From Octopus sinensis (Eukaryota), in NCBI RefSeq assembly GCF_006345805.1, contig NC_043006.1, positions 17,050,001 to 17,114,000 of the forward strand: a stretch of 64,000 nucleotides of DNA, in the 5' to 3' direction. Both the position numbers and the translations under genes were made by a program. The notes beneath the pieces are model-generated. The model was not told the DNA's origin. It was given only the letters and a program-made list of their open reading frames with translations, and made no database searches. Below are positions 38,368 to 50,151 of this stretch, one piece after another (the first letter of the stretch is position 1; the number at the start of each line of letters is the position of its first letter).

Positions 38368-38538
38368 ATATATACGGTGGGTGTCTTTCAGTTTCTGTCT
38401 ACCAAATCCACTCACAAGGTTTTGGTTGGCCCGAGGATATAGCAGAAGACACTTGCCCAAGGTGCCACGCAGTGGGACTGAACCTGGAACTATGTGGTTG
38501 GTAAGCAAGCTACTTACCACACAGCCACTCCTGCACCT
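38138..38538 (-). mobile_element. Full-length S1 SINE
   Basis: Head AGGTGCAGGAGTGGCTGTGTGGTAAG, internal (TA)/(TG) tract, tail GGTGCTCCAGCATGGCCACAGTCAAATGACTGAAACAAG. Confidence 0.85.
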
Positions 38539-39074
38539 ATGTTAATTTATATTCCAAACACTGGCTTAATGATCTTTTTATTTTTCACTTGTTTCAGTCA
38601 TTAGACTGCAGCCATGCTGGGGCACCACCTCGAGGAATTTTAGTCAAACTAATTGACCACAGTACATTTTCTTAAGCCTTGTACTTAACCTATTGTTTTT
38701 TTTTTTGCCGAACTGCTAAGTTACAGGGCTGTAAACACAGCAACTCAAGTTGTCAAGTAGCAGTGGAGGACAAACAAAAACATATGCATGCATGCACACA
38801 TACGATGGGCTTCTTTCAGTTTTTGTCTATGAAATCCTCTCACAAGACTTTGGTCAGCTTGAAGCTATAGTAGAAGACACTCACCCTAGGTGCTACACAG
38901 TAGGACTGAACCTCAAACCATGCTGGTTATACGTTTCTGAACAGCTTCCAGGAAATTGATATGCTGAGCAAGATAGGGGTTCCAGACTGGTTATATATAT
39001 AATATATATATATATATAATATATATATATATATATAATATATATATAAATACATATATATATATATATATATA

Positions 39075-39270
39075 TAGTTAATCCAAACATGAAAACAAAG
39101 AGAAAACACAACAACACGAGGACATGGAACAAGTATAGTATTATTGGACGCTTAGGAAAGGAAAGAAAGAAGGAGATTTTAACGTTTTGAGTGGAGCTCT
39201 TCGTCAAAAACATAGAAAAAGGAAAGATCCAAAGAAGGGAAGATGGAGGAAAACAAAATCGCCAGCGATA
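39075..39270 (-). mobile_element. Penelope-like tail remnant with decayed hammerhead core
   Basis: Minus strand GTTT-TTGACGA-A-GAGC-TCC-ACTC-AAAA-CGTT-AAAA at 39177-39211. Confidence 0.45.
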
Positions 39271-39283
39271 CACATGTAGTCAC

Positions 39284-39326
<43 letters not shown>

Positions 39327-39345
39327 ATATTATATATATATATAG

Positions 39346-39377
<32 letters not shown>

Positions 39378-39460
39378 TATATGTGTGTGTGTGTGTATGT
39401 ATATATATATATATATTATATATATATATATATATATTATATATATTATATATATGTATA

Positions 39461-39515
<55 letters not shown>

Positions 39516-39572
39516 ATATATATACATACATATATGTGTATATCTATATATATATATATAATATATATATGT

Positions 39573-39604
<32 letters not shown>

Positions 39605-39722
39605 GTGTATATATATATATATATCTTATAAAATAAGGGCAATATCTAATGTATCCTACATTAGATATATATGTATATATATATATAACACACACATACA
39701 TATATATATATATGTGTGTGTG
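39284..39722. repeat. Compound (TA)n/(TG)n microsatellite
   Basis: Direct reading. Confidence 0.95.
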
Positions 39723-40080
39723 TGTTTTAATATTTAGCAGAAGTAACAGAGTAACTGAAGGTCCGAGAGTTTCATGTATTGGCACTTATCAAACTAGTAA
39801 AAAGCCTGTGTTATTGATAAATTACTCTCTGGATTGTTCTAGAATGAATAATAATACCATGAAGATAATTCAAATAGTTGGCCCGTTATGTCATTCAATA
39901 AAGAAATACATAAATAAATAAGTAAAGAAATAAAGAAAGAAAAAAAGAAAAGATCTTGAGCATGTGATAACATGCACACACATACACAAACACATAAAAA
40001 ACACCGCAAAATCTGCACATACATATATATGAGAGGATGCATATGAATTAGGCATATACATGTATGCATATAGATAGATA

Positions 40081-40463
40081 GAAGTACTCCGTCGGTTATG
40101 ACGACAAGAGTTCCGGTTGATCCGAATCAACGGAACAGCCTGCTCGTGAAATTAACGTGTAAGTGGCTGAGCACTTCACAGACACGTGTACCCTTAACGC
40201 AGTTCTCAGGGATATTCAGCGTGACACAGAGAGTGACAAGGCCGGCCCTTTGAAATACAGGTACAACAGAAACAGGAAGTAAGAGTGAGAGAAAGTTGTG
40301 GTGGAAGAGTACAGCAGGGATCACCACCATCCCCTGCCGGAGCCTTGTGGAGCTTTAGGTGTTTTCGCTCAATAAACACTCACAACGCCCGGTCTGGGAA
40401 TCGAAACCGCGATCCTATGACCGCGAGTCCGCTGCCCTAATCACTGGGCCATTGCGCCTCCAC
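40081..40463 (-). mobile_element. tRNA-derived SINE (family S3), full length
   Basis: Reverse complement of 60905-61290 with few differences; A-box TGGCCCAGTGA and B-box GGTTTCGATTCCC. Confidence 0.85.
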
Positions 40464-41567
40464 ATGTATGCATATACATGAGGATAAATGTATGCATGCA
40501 TACACATACATCTATGTACACACATATACATATATACACCCATGCATACATACATACACACATACATGCATGAATATACAAGCTCCTATACATATATACA
40601 CACATATACATGGTAAGTTGACTAAGGTAAAGAATAAGTACAGAATATAAACATAAGATAAAGAATGAATATAAAATAAAACCAGTCCTTGTTTTCTTCT
40701 TGTTACATGTACATATACACACACGCATACATATATATGTACACACACATATGTTTATATACACATCCACACACATGTACATACACACATGTGAGTGCAA
40801 TATCAGACAGTAATAAAGACATGTATTTTGGCATGTTGTAGGCATGGTGGGGAGCAGTGTTTTACAGCATAGAGTAAGCATGCCTATACACACTCTTGTA
40901 TGTATTTAAAAGCACAGATGTATATACATACATATATGGACAGTCATAAATATATACACACACATTTGTGCATATGTTTCCTGCACCAGCTTCACATAGC
41001 AGCCCCAGCCCATCCAAAGTACCTTGGATCGCAGGATGGCCTGCTGTGCTTACCTTGGATCGTAGGGCGACCTATTGTGCTTGAGGAGACCTATTGAGTC
41101 AAGTTTGTATGTTAATGAATTTTAAACATTTTCTCATTATGCTCTATCTGAAACAAAGATTGTCCAGGAAAAGTTGCCACCTTTGGCTAAAATCCTCAAA
41201 ATAATGCAACCCAACCTCGTTTTCGAGGTTATTTTTGCAGTAAAAAAATAGTTGTTGTGCAAAAAACATACTTTATTTGATAGCTGGAAGATTACTGAAT
41301 CTTTCGATACCTCATATGTCAAAATCGGCAACTCACTTTTTTAATCCATAAGGAACATACACACACACAAACTCTGTTTTATATATAGAGATATGTAGAC
41401 ATATGTATATGTATACATACATATATATATGTATGTATATATATATATATATATGTTATAGAAAAAAGAAATGAAAAAGGTGTTATATCTTTATGCATAA
41501 GATCTTATGAAAATTATGATATATATTATTCTTGAATTTTTTATAATTTTTTTAATTAAAATTTCAG

Positions 41568-41625
41568 CACAATAACTTAGAATTCTTAAAAATTTTGAAA
41601 AATCTTGTTTCATTTCTTTGTGATG
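41568..41625 (+). CDS. Candidate orphan exon
   Basis: T-rich acceptor ATTTCAG|, single open frame HNNLEFLKILKNLVSFLCD, donor G|GTAACA; a further acceptor follows at 41698/41702. Confidence 0.25.
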
Positions 41626-41917
41626 GTAACATGATATTACATCTTTAAAACTAACAAGTCATCATTTTAACCTTTTATTCAATATTTTTCTCTGTCAGAC
41701 AGTACCCAAGAGAGAATCAGCAGGAGATTACAAGATTAATTCATATCAGAATAAAGAAGTGCAATGTTTGTTTTTATATTTTATAATAAAAATGCCAGGC
41801 TAGATTGGAATTCAATGAATATGACTCAACTTTAACTTACGGAGTACTTTGTCATTTACAGTTCTGAGTCTAAATAATAACGTTTTGCCATTTCTTTGGT
41901 TGGTGATATAATTACCT

Positions 41918-42340
41918 ATAATAATAATAATATAATAATAATAATAATAATGAAATTATTGTATACAGTGCTCAGGTGCACCACAACTTGTCAGAAAGTG
42001 CGTATAAAGTACATGCAGTAATGTAGAAATGTCTGGAAAGTGAACATGCTTGTGTGTGTATGGAGGGGGAGAGAAATCAAGTGTAGTGTTGGCGAATCTC
42101 AGGAAGCATGGAAGTCTTGAAGGATGCAGTGCTCCGACAACTAACAACCGATGCCGGCAGTTTGTTCCACGCTTCAGCAACTCTCAGCGTGAAAAAATGT
42201 TTCCTGAAGTCATGGGAGCTGTGCTGTTTTCTTACTTTGTAAATATGTCCACGGGTGTTAGATGGGTGGAGTTTGAAGAGGTGCTCAGAGTTATTGTTTG
42301 TGCGATGGTTGATAATTTTATGGGTGTCTGCCAAGTCAGC
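41918..42340 (-). mobile_element. CR1-type LINE 3' end
   Basis: NTRGHIYKV...FFTLRVAEAWNKLP, followed by a (TTA)n tail. Confidence 0.85.
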
Positions 42341-42416
42341 TATAACAGACTATAGTAAAGTGGTGAAGAGCTACAATATTTGAATTGTTGAAGTTCATGT
42401 GATTGGTATTCAATAA

Positions 42417-42648
42417 GAATGGCGGCGAGCTGGCAGAAACGTTTGCACGCCAGGCGAAATGTGTAGCCATATTTTGTCTGCCGTTACGTTCTGAGTTCAA
42501 ATTCCGCCAAGATTGACTTTGCCTTTCATCCTTTTGGGGTCGATAAATTAAGTACCAGTTACGCACTGGGGTCGATGTAATTGACTTAATCTGTTGGTAT
42601 GTCCTTGTTTGTCCCTTCTGTGTTTAGCTCCTTGTGGGTAGTAAAGAA
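42417..42648 (+). mobile_element. S2 SINE with 15-bp TSD
   Basis: ATTGGTATTCAATAA at 42402-42416 and 42649-42663. Confidence 0.85.
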
Positions 42649-44182
42649 ATTGGTATTCAATAATATTACAATAGACTAAGGCTAGACTAAGCTGTCAGAA
42701 TTGTTAGCACACCAGGCAAAATGCTTAGTGGAATTTCATCTGTCTTTACATTCTGAGTTCAAATTCCACTGAGGTCGATTTTGCCTTTCATCCTTTTGGA
42801 GTTGATAAATTAAGTACCAGTTGCATACTGCAGTCAGTGTCATCAACTTATTCTCTCCCTTGAAATTGCTGACTTTGTGCTGAAATTTGAAACTGGTGTT
42901 ACCCTAGGCTTCCATACTGTTTCAGTAACTTGCATTATAACGATAAACGTTGCCCTTTTCAAGCCTAGCCAGTCTCATGGGCCCGGTTTCCCGATTTCTG
43001 TGGCATATGTGTTCCCCCAGCTGGACGGGATGCCAGTCCATTGCAGTGTTACTCAAGAAACAGGAAGAAAGAGTGAGAGAAAGTTGTGGCGAAAGAGTAC
43101 AACAGGGGTCGCTTAGCAGTATTTCGTCTACCATTACGTTCTGAGTTCAAATTCTGCCGAGGTCGACTTTGCCTTTCATCCTTTTGGGGTCGATAAATTA
43201 AGTACCAGTTACGCACTGGGGTTGATGTAATCGACTTAACCCCTTTGTCTGTCCTTGTTTGTCTCCTCTGTGTTTAGCCCATTGTGGGCAATAAAGAAAT
43301 AAGGAAGCATGCACATTGCAGAGCTGCTGTATTGTAGTGAAGACTCTTGAACCAGCTCTGCTAATGGATAATGAGGCATTATTATTGCAAAATTTATTGG
43401 TGCACATATTGATATTAGAGAGGCAATGTGGCTGAGCTCCTTTCCAGCATTGGGGAAAAGTGGCTGAATTCCTTTTGAGTGTTGGACCTCATGGAGGCAA
43501 AGAGGCCGAGTTCCTTTTGCGTTTTGGGCATCATGGAGGCAATGACTAAGACCTTTGGTATTATGTCATGCTTGAAAAGAAGACCTATCAAGCTGAGTAA
43601 AATTGCAGTTGTGGCAGACACCAGTGTCATGCAAATGGCACTCATGCTGGTGGTACATAAAAGCACTCACTATATTCTTGGAGTGGTTGCCATTAGGAAG
43701 GACATCCAGCCATAGAAAACCATGTCAAATCAGACTGGAGCCTGGCACAGCCTTCCAGCGTGCCAGCCCAGTCAAACCATCCAACCCATGCCAGTATGGA
43801 CAATGGACATTGAATGATTATAATGATGATGATGATGAACTATATTTTTAATAAAACAGAAAACTATCAATTTGAAGATTGTAATGTTATACTAAATGCA
43901 ATGTCAGTAATGGTAGACGTTTTTGTATTGGTCTAGAACAGATTGGGGTAGATATTTTAATCAAAAACAGGATGAAGCTCTAAAACAATATAGCATTCCC
44001 CATAAAATAATATAACACCGATATCTTTGCACAAAGCCAACAATGTATTAAGGAAGAAGCATGTATATTCAATTAAATATACTACAATATATTATTGGTC
44101 TTCATTATTTTATATTTCCTCCTTCCACTGAATTGAAAGTTAAATTTGATGCTGATGTGAGAGTTTAAAGAGATATTTACAT

Positions 44183-44818
44183 TAATAATAATAATAATAA
44201 TAAACATTGTGTACAGTGCTCAGGTGCACTACAACTCATCTAAAGTGCATATATAATCAGGTGTAGTTTCGACGGATTTCGGAAAGCATGAGGGCCTTAA
44301 AGGATGCAGTGTCATGGCAGTCAACAACTGACGCAGGCAGTTTATTCCATGCTTCAGCAACTCTGAGCGTGAAGAAATGTTTCCGAAAGTCATGGGAGCT
44401 GTGTTGTTTTCTGACTTTGTAGGCATGTCCACGTGTGTTAGACACATGGAGATCAAAAAGGTGTTCAGTGTTGTTATTGGTGAGGTGGTTGACAACTTTG
44501 TGGGCCTTTACCAAGTCCGTCGCCAGACGCTGGAGCTTCAGTGAATCCATGCCCAGGGAAAAAAGGCGCTCAGAATATGGTAGGTGTCTGATGGAGGGTA
44601 TGCGTTTGGTTGCACGTCTCTGGACAGATTCCAGGAGGTCAATGTTCTGAGCAAGATAGGAGTTCCAAACTGATGATGCGAATTCCAAGTGTGGACGTAC
44701 CATAGCTGTATACAGTTTTAAATAGATGGCTGGAGAGCGGCTAACAAAAGTCTTGCTGAGTGATGCCAAGACACCCTCGGCCTTCTTGACAATTTTAGAG
44801 ATATGCTTTACATTCAAC
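44183..44818 (-). mobile_element. CR1-type LINE 3' end (186-aa open frame)
   Basis: LYTAMVRPHLEFASSVWN...DLLESVQRRATK...RGHAYKV...RVAEAWNKLP, with (TTA)n tail. Confidence 0.9.
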
Positions 44819-44827
44819 AGATATTCA

Positions 44828-45085
44828 TCCTCATCTTGTTCGTTGTTAACACAATGTTTCGTCTGATATACCCTCCAGCCTTCATCGGGTGTCTTGGGGA
44901 AATTTCAAACCTGGGTTCTCATTCCTAAGATATTTTTCAAATGAGAACCCAGGTTTGAAATTTCCCCAAGACATCTGATGAAGGCTGGAGGGTATATCAG
45001 CCGAAACATTGTGTTAACAACAAACAAGACGAGGACAAATGTAAATAATGTACATAATTCCTCATCTCTTAAATATAGAACTGTG
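44828..45085 (+). mobile_element. Penelope-like element end with an inverted terminal copy (96-bp arms, 16-nt spacer)
   Basis: Arms 44828-44923 and 44940-45035 are near-perfect reverse complements, and each carries a hammerhead-like core. Confidence 0.6.
44970..45015 (+). ncRNA. Minimal type I hammerhead ribozyme-like motif
   Basis: GACAT-CTGATGA-A-GGCTG(10-nt loop)CAGCC-GAAA-CATT-GTGTT: intact CUGAUGA and GAAA, 5-bp stem II, stem I with wobbles, mismatched stem III. Confidence 0.55.
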
Positions 45086-45724
45086 TAAAGAGATTTGATC
45101 AAATGTGAAAAGGTATTTAGTCTGGTGGCCTACAGTTTTTACCAACCCAGGGTACTTTTTTCTTTTATTGTTGCCTGAAAATAATATTGGAATTTTAGAA
45201 TAAAAATGAAATTTCCAAGAAGGAATACAATTAAGAGTATCATTAAAGATGTAATAATAAATTTCAAAGTATCGTTTCCATTACATCATTAAATGCAATG
45301 ATATTGAAATACACCTGCAACATAGCCTCAAGAACAACAGCAACAACAACAACAACAACAATAATATGATCTCCTCTATTAAATGAACTCTAATAATTCA
45401 AAATTAAAATGAGAAAATCTAATCCCTTTTCAGATTCTCCATAGTGAAGCAGCATGGTTATTATTGGTGATGTGTTTGTTCTTTCCTTTCAAGTAATTGG
45501 GTTCTTGTAACAAGAGCCAAAAGAAGGGTCATATATCAGAGCATTGATCTTTTACTGGAAAATAACCTCAGCAGAAGATTATACTGGATCTCTTATTTAA
45601 TCTGTGGAAATTAGTTTCTTTTAATAAATTTAAATCTCTTTTAATTAACTACTTCAAATTTTGTCACAAGACCATCAATTTGGAGGGGAGGAGCAAGCCT
45701 GCCAGTTCACCACCATAATGATGA

Positions 45725-45726
45725 TG

Positions 45727-45780
<54 letters not shown>

Positions 45781-45871
45781 CTAACAAGTCATCATTTTAA
45801 CCTTTTATTCAATATTTTTCTCTGTCAGACAGTACCAAGAGAGAATCAGCAGGAGATTACAAGATTAATTC

Positions 45872-45905
<34 letters not shown>

Positions 45906-45914
45906 TAATAATAA

Positions 45915-45967
<53 letters not shown>

Positions 45968-46095
45968 CTAACAAGTCATCATTTTAACCTTTTATTCAAT
46001 ATTTTTCTCTGTCAGACAGTACCCAAGAGAGAATCAGCAGGAGATTACAAGATTAATTCATATAATAATAATAATAATGATAATAATAATAATAA

Positions 46096-46125
<30 letters not shown>
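45725..46125. repeat. (AAT)n tract containing two copies of a ~100-bp segment also found at 41646-41746
   Basis: Copies at 45776-45875 and 45963-46063. Confidence 0.9.
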
Positions 46126-46129
<4 letters not shown>

Positions 46130-46595
46130 TTCTACTAAAGGCACCATGCCTGAAATTTTGTGGGGAGGGTACAAGTTGATCACATCGACCCCATTGTTAG
46201 TGTTTCACTGATACTTAATTTATTGACCCCAAAAGGATGAAAAGGAAAATTGACCTTGGTGGAATTTGAACTCAGAATGTAAAGATAGATAAAATGCTGC
46301 TAAGCATTTTGTCCAGTACGCTAACGACTCTGCTAGTTTGCCACCTTAGTAATAATAATAATAATGCTTTCACATTTTAGTACATGGCTGACAATTTTAC
46401 TCAGTGGGATTTGAACTCAGGACATAGAGAGCCAGAAGAAACACCACTAAGCATTTTGTCCGACATGCTAACACTTCTACCAGCTTACCATCTTATCTTT
46501 TTTTTTTTAATTAATAGTCATGAAAGTAATAAAAGTTTAATTTGTTGAAATAGTTAAAATAGCAGGTTTACAAAAACATCCATTAGTTTTTAAAA

Positions 46596-46981
46596 TGTGG
46601 CTGTGTGGTAAGTAGCTTGCTTACCAACCACATGGTTCCAGGTTCGGTCCCACTGTGTTGCACCTTGGGCAAGTGTCTTCTACTATAACCTCGGGCTGAC
46701 CAAAGCCTTGTGAGTGGATTTGGTAGACGGAAACTGAAAGAAGCCCATTGTATATATGTATATGTATATATGTGTGTGTGTGTTTGTGTGTCTGTGTTTG
46801 TCCCACCAACATCGCTTGACAACTGATGTGTTTACGTCCCCGTAACTTAGCGGTTCGGCAAAAGAGACCGATTGAATAAGTACTAGGCTTACAAAGAATA
46901 AGTCCTGAGGTCAATTTGCTCAACTAAAGGCGGTGCTCCAGCATGGCCTCAGTCAAATGACTGAAACAAGTGAAAGAGTAA
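46596..46981 (+). mobile_element. Full-length S1 SINE
   Basis: tRNA-like head, CCTTGGGCAAGTG core-like block, family tail. Confidence 0.85.
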
Positions 46982-46999
46982 AGAATATATCTTTTTAAC

Positions 47000-47215
47000 T
47001 TAACCCTTTGACTTTCAGATTGTTTTGTCAAATGTAATGCTTATTTATTCACACTGTTTTGAATTAATCATACATTTTCTCATAACTTTGAGATTTTGAT
47101 GATGTAATTGCTTATTTCTAGAATGATACTGCAGCACAGGTGTGAAAAGTCAGATCAGGCTGGTTTGAACAATAAACAGGTAGCATATCTGGGCTTTATA
47201 TGGCCAGTTTAAATG
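47000..47215 (+). mobile_element. TTAA-type MITE
   Basis: Starts TTAACCCTTT; body matches 1047-1261; right end decayed. Confidence 0.6.
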
Positions 47216-47534
47216 TTGTCTCTTTCCTTTTATTTCTCCACTGTTATAAGAGAAAAACAAAAAAAAAGGAAAAGACAAATCGATTATATTTAATTTTCAA
47301 TTTTTAAATGACTATAAACTAATTGGTTTCTTGAGTTATGTTGTGCTGAAGAGCCTAGAACAAGGGTGAAATGGTACTATCCACAACTATTGGAATATCT
47401 ATTTAATGAATTTGTATGGAAATATGGAAATATTATATGCAGTATCCCTCTTTCCACTCATAGAAAATGATCTCTCAACATAAGGGAAAAAAAATATAAA
47501 TCCTGAAGCAGTTCTCTCCCCTTAAGAACATTTA

Positions 47535-47573
<39 letters not shown>

Positions 47574-47946
47574 GGTAATCATTCTCTTATCCCATAAGCA
47601 GCAACAGCAGATTCCAGTCAAATATTCACCTGAAATTGTAATCTTTTTAGATAAATTACAAAAAATAAAATAAATAAATAAATATAAAAAATTTTTGTTT
47701 GTATTTCATTGAAATACAATAAATCTTTTTACATCAGATCCTAATCAGATCCTAACGAAGAGCTTTTCAAAAGAAAAGGAGAAAAGTAATATTTTTCAAA
47801 GCAGTACTGCCTAAGGAAGACAGGCAGATACAATAATGAAAATATCTAAAGAAGTGTAAGTGATGTAGGTGGATAAAGAATGAAGGTATCATATTAGATG
47901 ACAAGGAGCGTTTAATAAAGAATTTTAATGAAAAGTTACGGTTTTT

Positions 47947-48700
47947 ATAATAAGAATAATAATACTAATAATGAAATTATTGTATACAGTGCTCAGGTGC
48001 ACTACAACTTGTCAAAAGTGTGTATAAAGCATATGCAGTAATGTACAAATGTCTGGAAAGCGAACAGTGTATGAGTCAGATATATGCTTGCGTGTGTATG
48101 GAGGGGAGAAAATCAGGTGTAGTGTTGGTGAATCTCAGAAAGCATGGAAGTTTTGAAGGATGCAGTGCTCCGACAACTAACAACTGATGCTGGCAGTTTG
48201 TTCCATGCTTCAGCAACTCTTAGCGTGAAAAAGTGTTTCCGAAAGTCATGGCAGCTGTGCTGTTTTCTGACTTTGTAAACATGTCCACGGGTGTCAGACA
48301 GGTGGAGTTTGAAAAGGTGCTCAGAGTTATTGTTTGTAAGATGGTTGATAATTTTGCGGGCATGGCTGTGTGGTTAGGGAGCTTGCTTCCTAGCTACATG
48401 GTTTCGGGTTCAGTCCCACTGCGTGGCACTTTGGCCAGGTGTCTTCTACTATAGCCTCGAGCTGACCGAAGCTTTGTGACTGAATTTGGTAGGCGGAAAT
48501 TACTGCCGTGTGTGTATGTGTGCATATAGCTGCTCTGTGCCTCTCCGAAAGAGAGAGAGAGGAAGGGGTGTCTGCCAAGTCAGTTGCCAGACATCGGAGT
48601 TTCAATGTATCCATGCCCAGGGAAGAAAGGCGTTCAGAATATATGGCAAATACCTGATGGAGAGTATTCTCTTGGTTGCACATCACTGAATGCTTTCCAG
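47947..48700 (-). mobile_element. CR1-type LINE 3' end interrupted by an S1 SINE (about 48356-48565)
   Basis: GTTGATAATTT and GGGTGTCTGCCAAG are contiguous in the 41918-42340 copy but separated here by a SINE head. Confidence 0.8.
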
Positions 48701-49628
48701 GCAATTAATGTCCTGGGCAGGTACCATGAAAAAACACCCAGTATGCTTTGTAAAATTCTTGACATTAGGAATGGTATCCAGCACTAGAAACTAGGTTAAA
48801 GCAAGCATTGGAGTTCAAAGCAGTATTCTGGCTCATCGGATCCTGTTGAAACACCTAACTCATGCCAACATGGATGACAGGCATTCAATAATGATGGTGA
48901 TGATGATGGGCCTGCTTTTAGATATTTGTATGATTTAGAGTCTCCCTATGTTATAGAAAAGACTAAAAAATTCATATCATCGTCATCGTTGTCATCACCA
49001 CCACCATCATTATCGTTGTCATCATCGTCATCATCATCGTTTTAACATCCACTGTTCCATGCTTGCATGGTTTGGACAGAACTTTGTTGAGGTGTATTTT
49101 CTATGGCCAGATGCCTTTCTTGTCACCAACTTGAACCTGTTTCTAAGTTAGATAATAATTCCCTGTGACCGAAGGACACCGTTTGCATTGCATGATGGTG
49201 ACATCTGTTTACAACTATCATGCAAGGAGACAGTAACACACACACACACACACACGCATCTGATTGACTTCTTTCAGTTTCCCAGTTTTTGTTTACCAAA
49301 TCCATCTCGCAAGGCTTTTGTTGGCCTGGTGCTGTAGTAGAAAACATTTACCTAAAGTGCCAGACAGTAGGATTGAACCCAGAACCATGTGGTTGGGAAG
49401 CAAACTTCTTACCACACAGTCACACCTATGCCTCTCATATAACAAGATTATAAAACAAAATTATACTGGATCATGGCACATCATCAGTCCTTGATAACAG
49501 AGTGTCTTATTCGTATCTTTTCATGTTTTAATCCAGCATTAGCTCTTTCATTTTTTAAATAAAAGTATTTTATATTTAAATCTACCCAAGTATAAGAATG
49601 CTTAGGATAAATGGATTTTATATCTAAA

Positions 49629-50151
49629 CTAGCAGTATCGCCCGGCGTTGCTCGGGTTTGTAAGGAAAATAACTATATAAGCATTTTTAGAGAGTTATAG
49701 CCAAAAAATAGCAAAAAAAATGCATTAAAAATGGAAAAAAAAATGATGGTAAATTTTTTTTTAAATCGTTGACTCATCGTAGACATTTTCTGTTTTGGTG
49801 TCTTCAAGCCATGAAGTCGTTGTTCTAAAAGAACGCTGGTCTCCTTGACAACGCTTTACGACGTTGATTTCCTTACACTCCCTTCCCCACAGCTTCATGA
49901 GGGAGGGAAGAAGGGGGAGAAGCAAACACAGGTGCAGGCGTGAGCGTGGACGCCAACTCCGCCGCCATCGACACACGAAAAAATATGCATTAAAATGGAA
50001 TAAAAAATGATGTTAAATTATATGAATCGATATGAATCACGACTATAAGATACCCGAATTTGGTTAAACTGCACCGCAAAATGTGGGAGTAGTTAGGAAT
50101 CTAAATCGAAGGGGACAGACACTCACACAACTACAGTTTTATATATATAGA
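49629..50151 (-). mobile_element. Non-autonomous Helitron with extra internal segment
   Basis: A|TC start, hairpin plus CTAG|T end; about 240 bp (49784-50026) absent from the 56371-56673 copy. Confidence 0.8.

Noticed and set aside
38893-39785. Long Tyr/Ile/Cys/Val-rich ORFs
   Set aside because: Translations of (TA)n/(TG)n microsatellites. The same applies at 55681-56155, 56940-58431, 59544-60335, 61787-62277 and 62966-63501.
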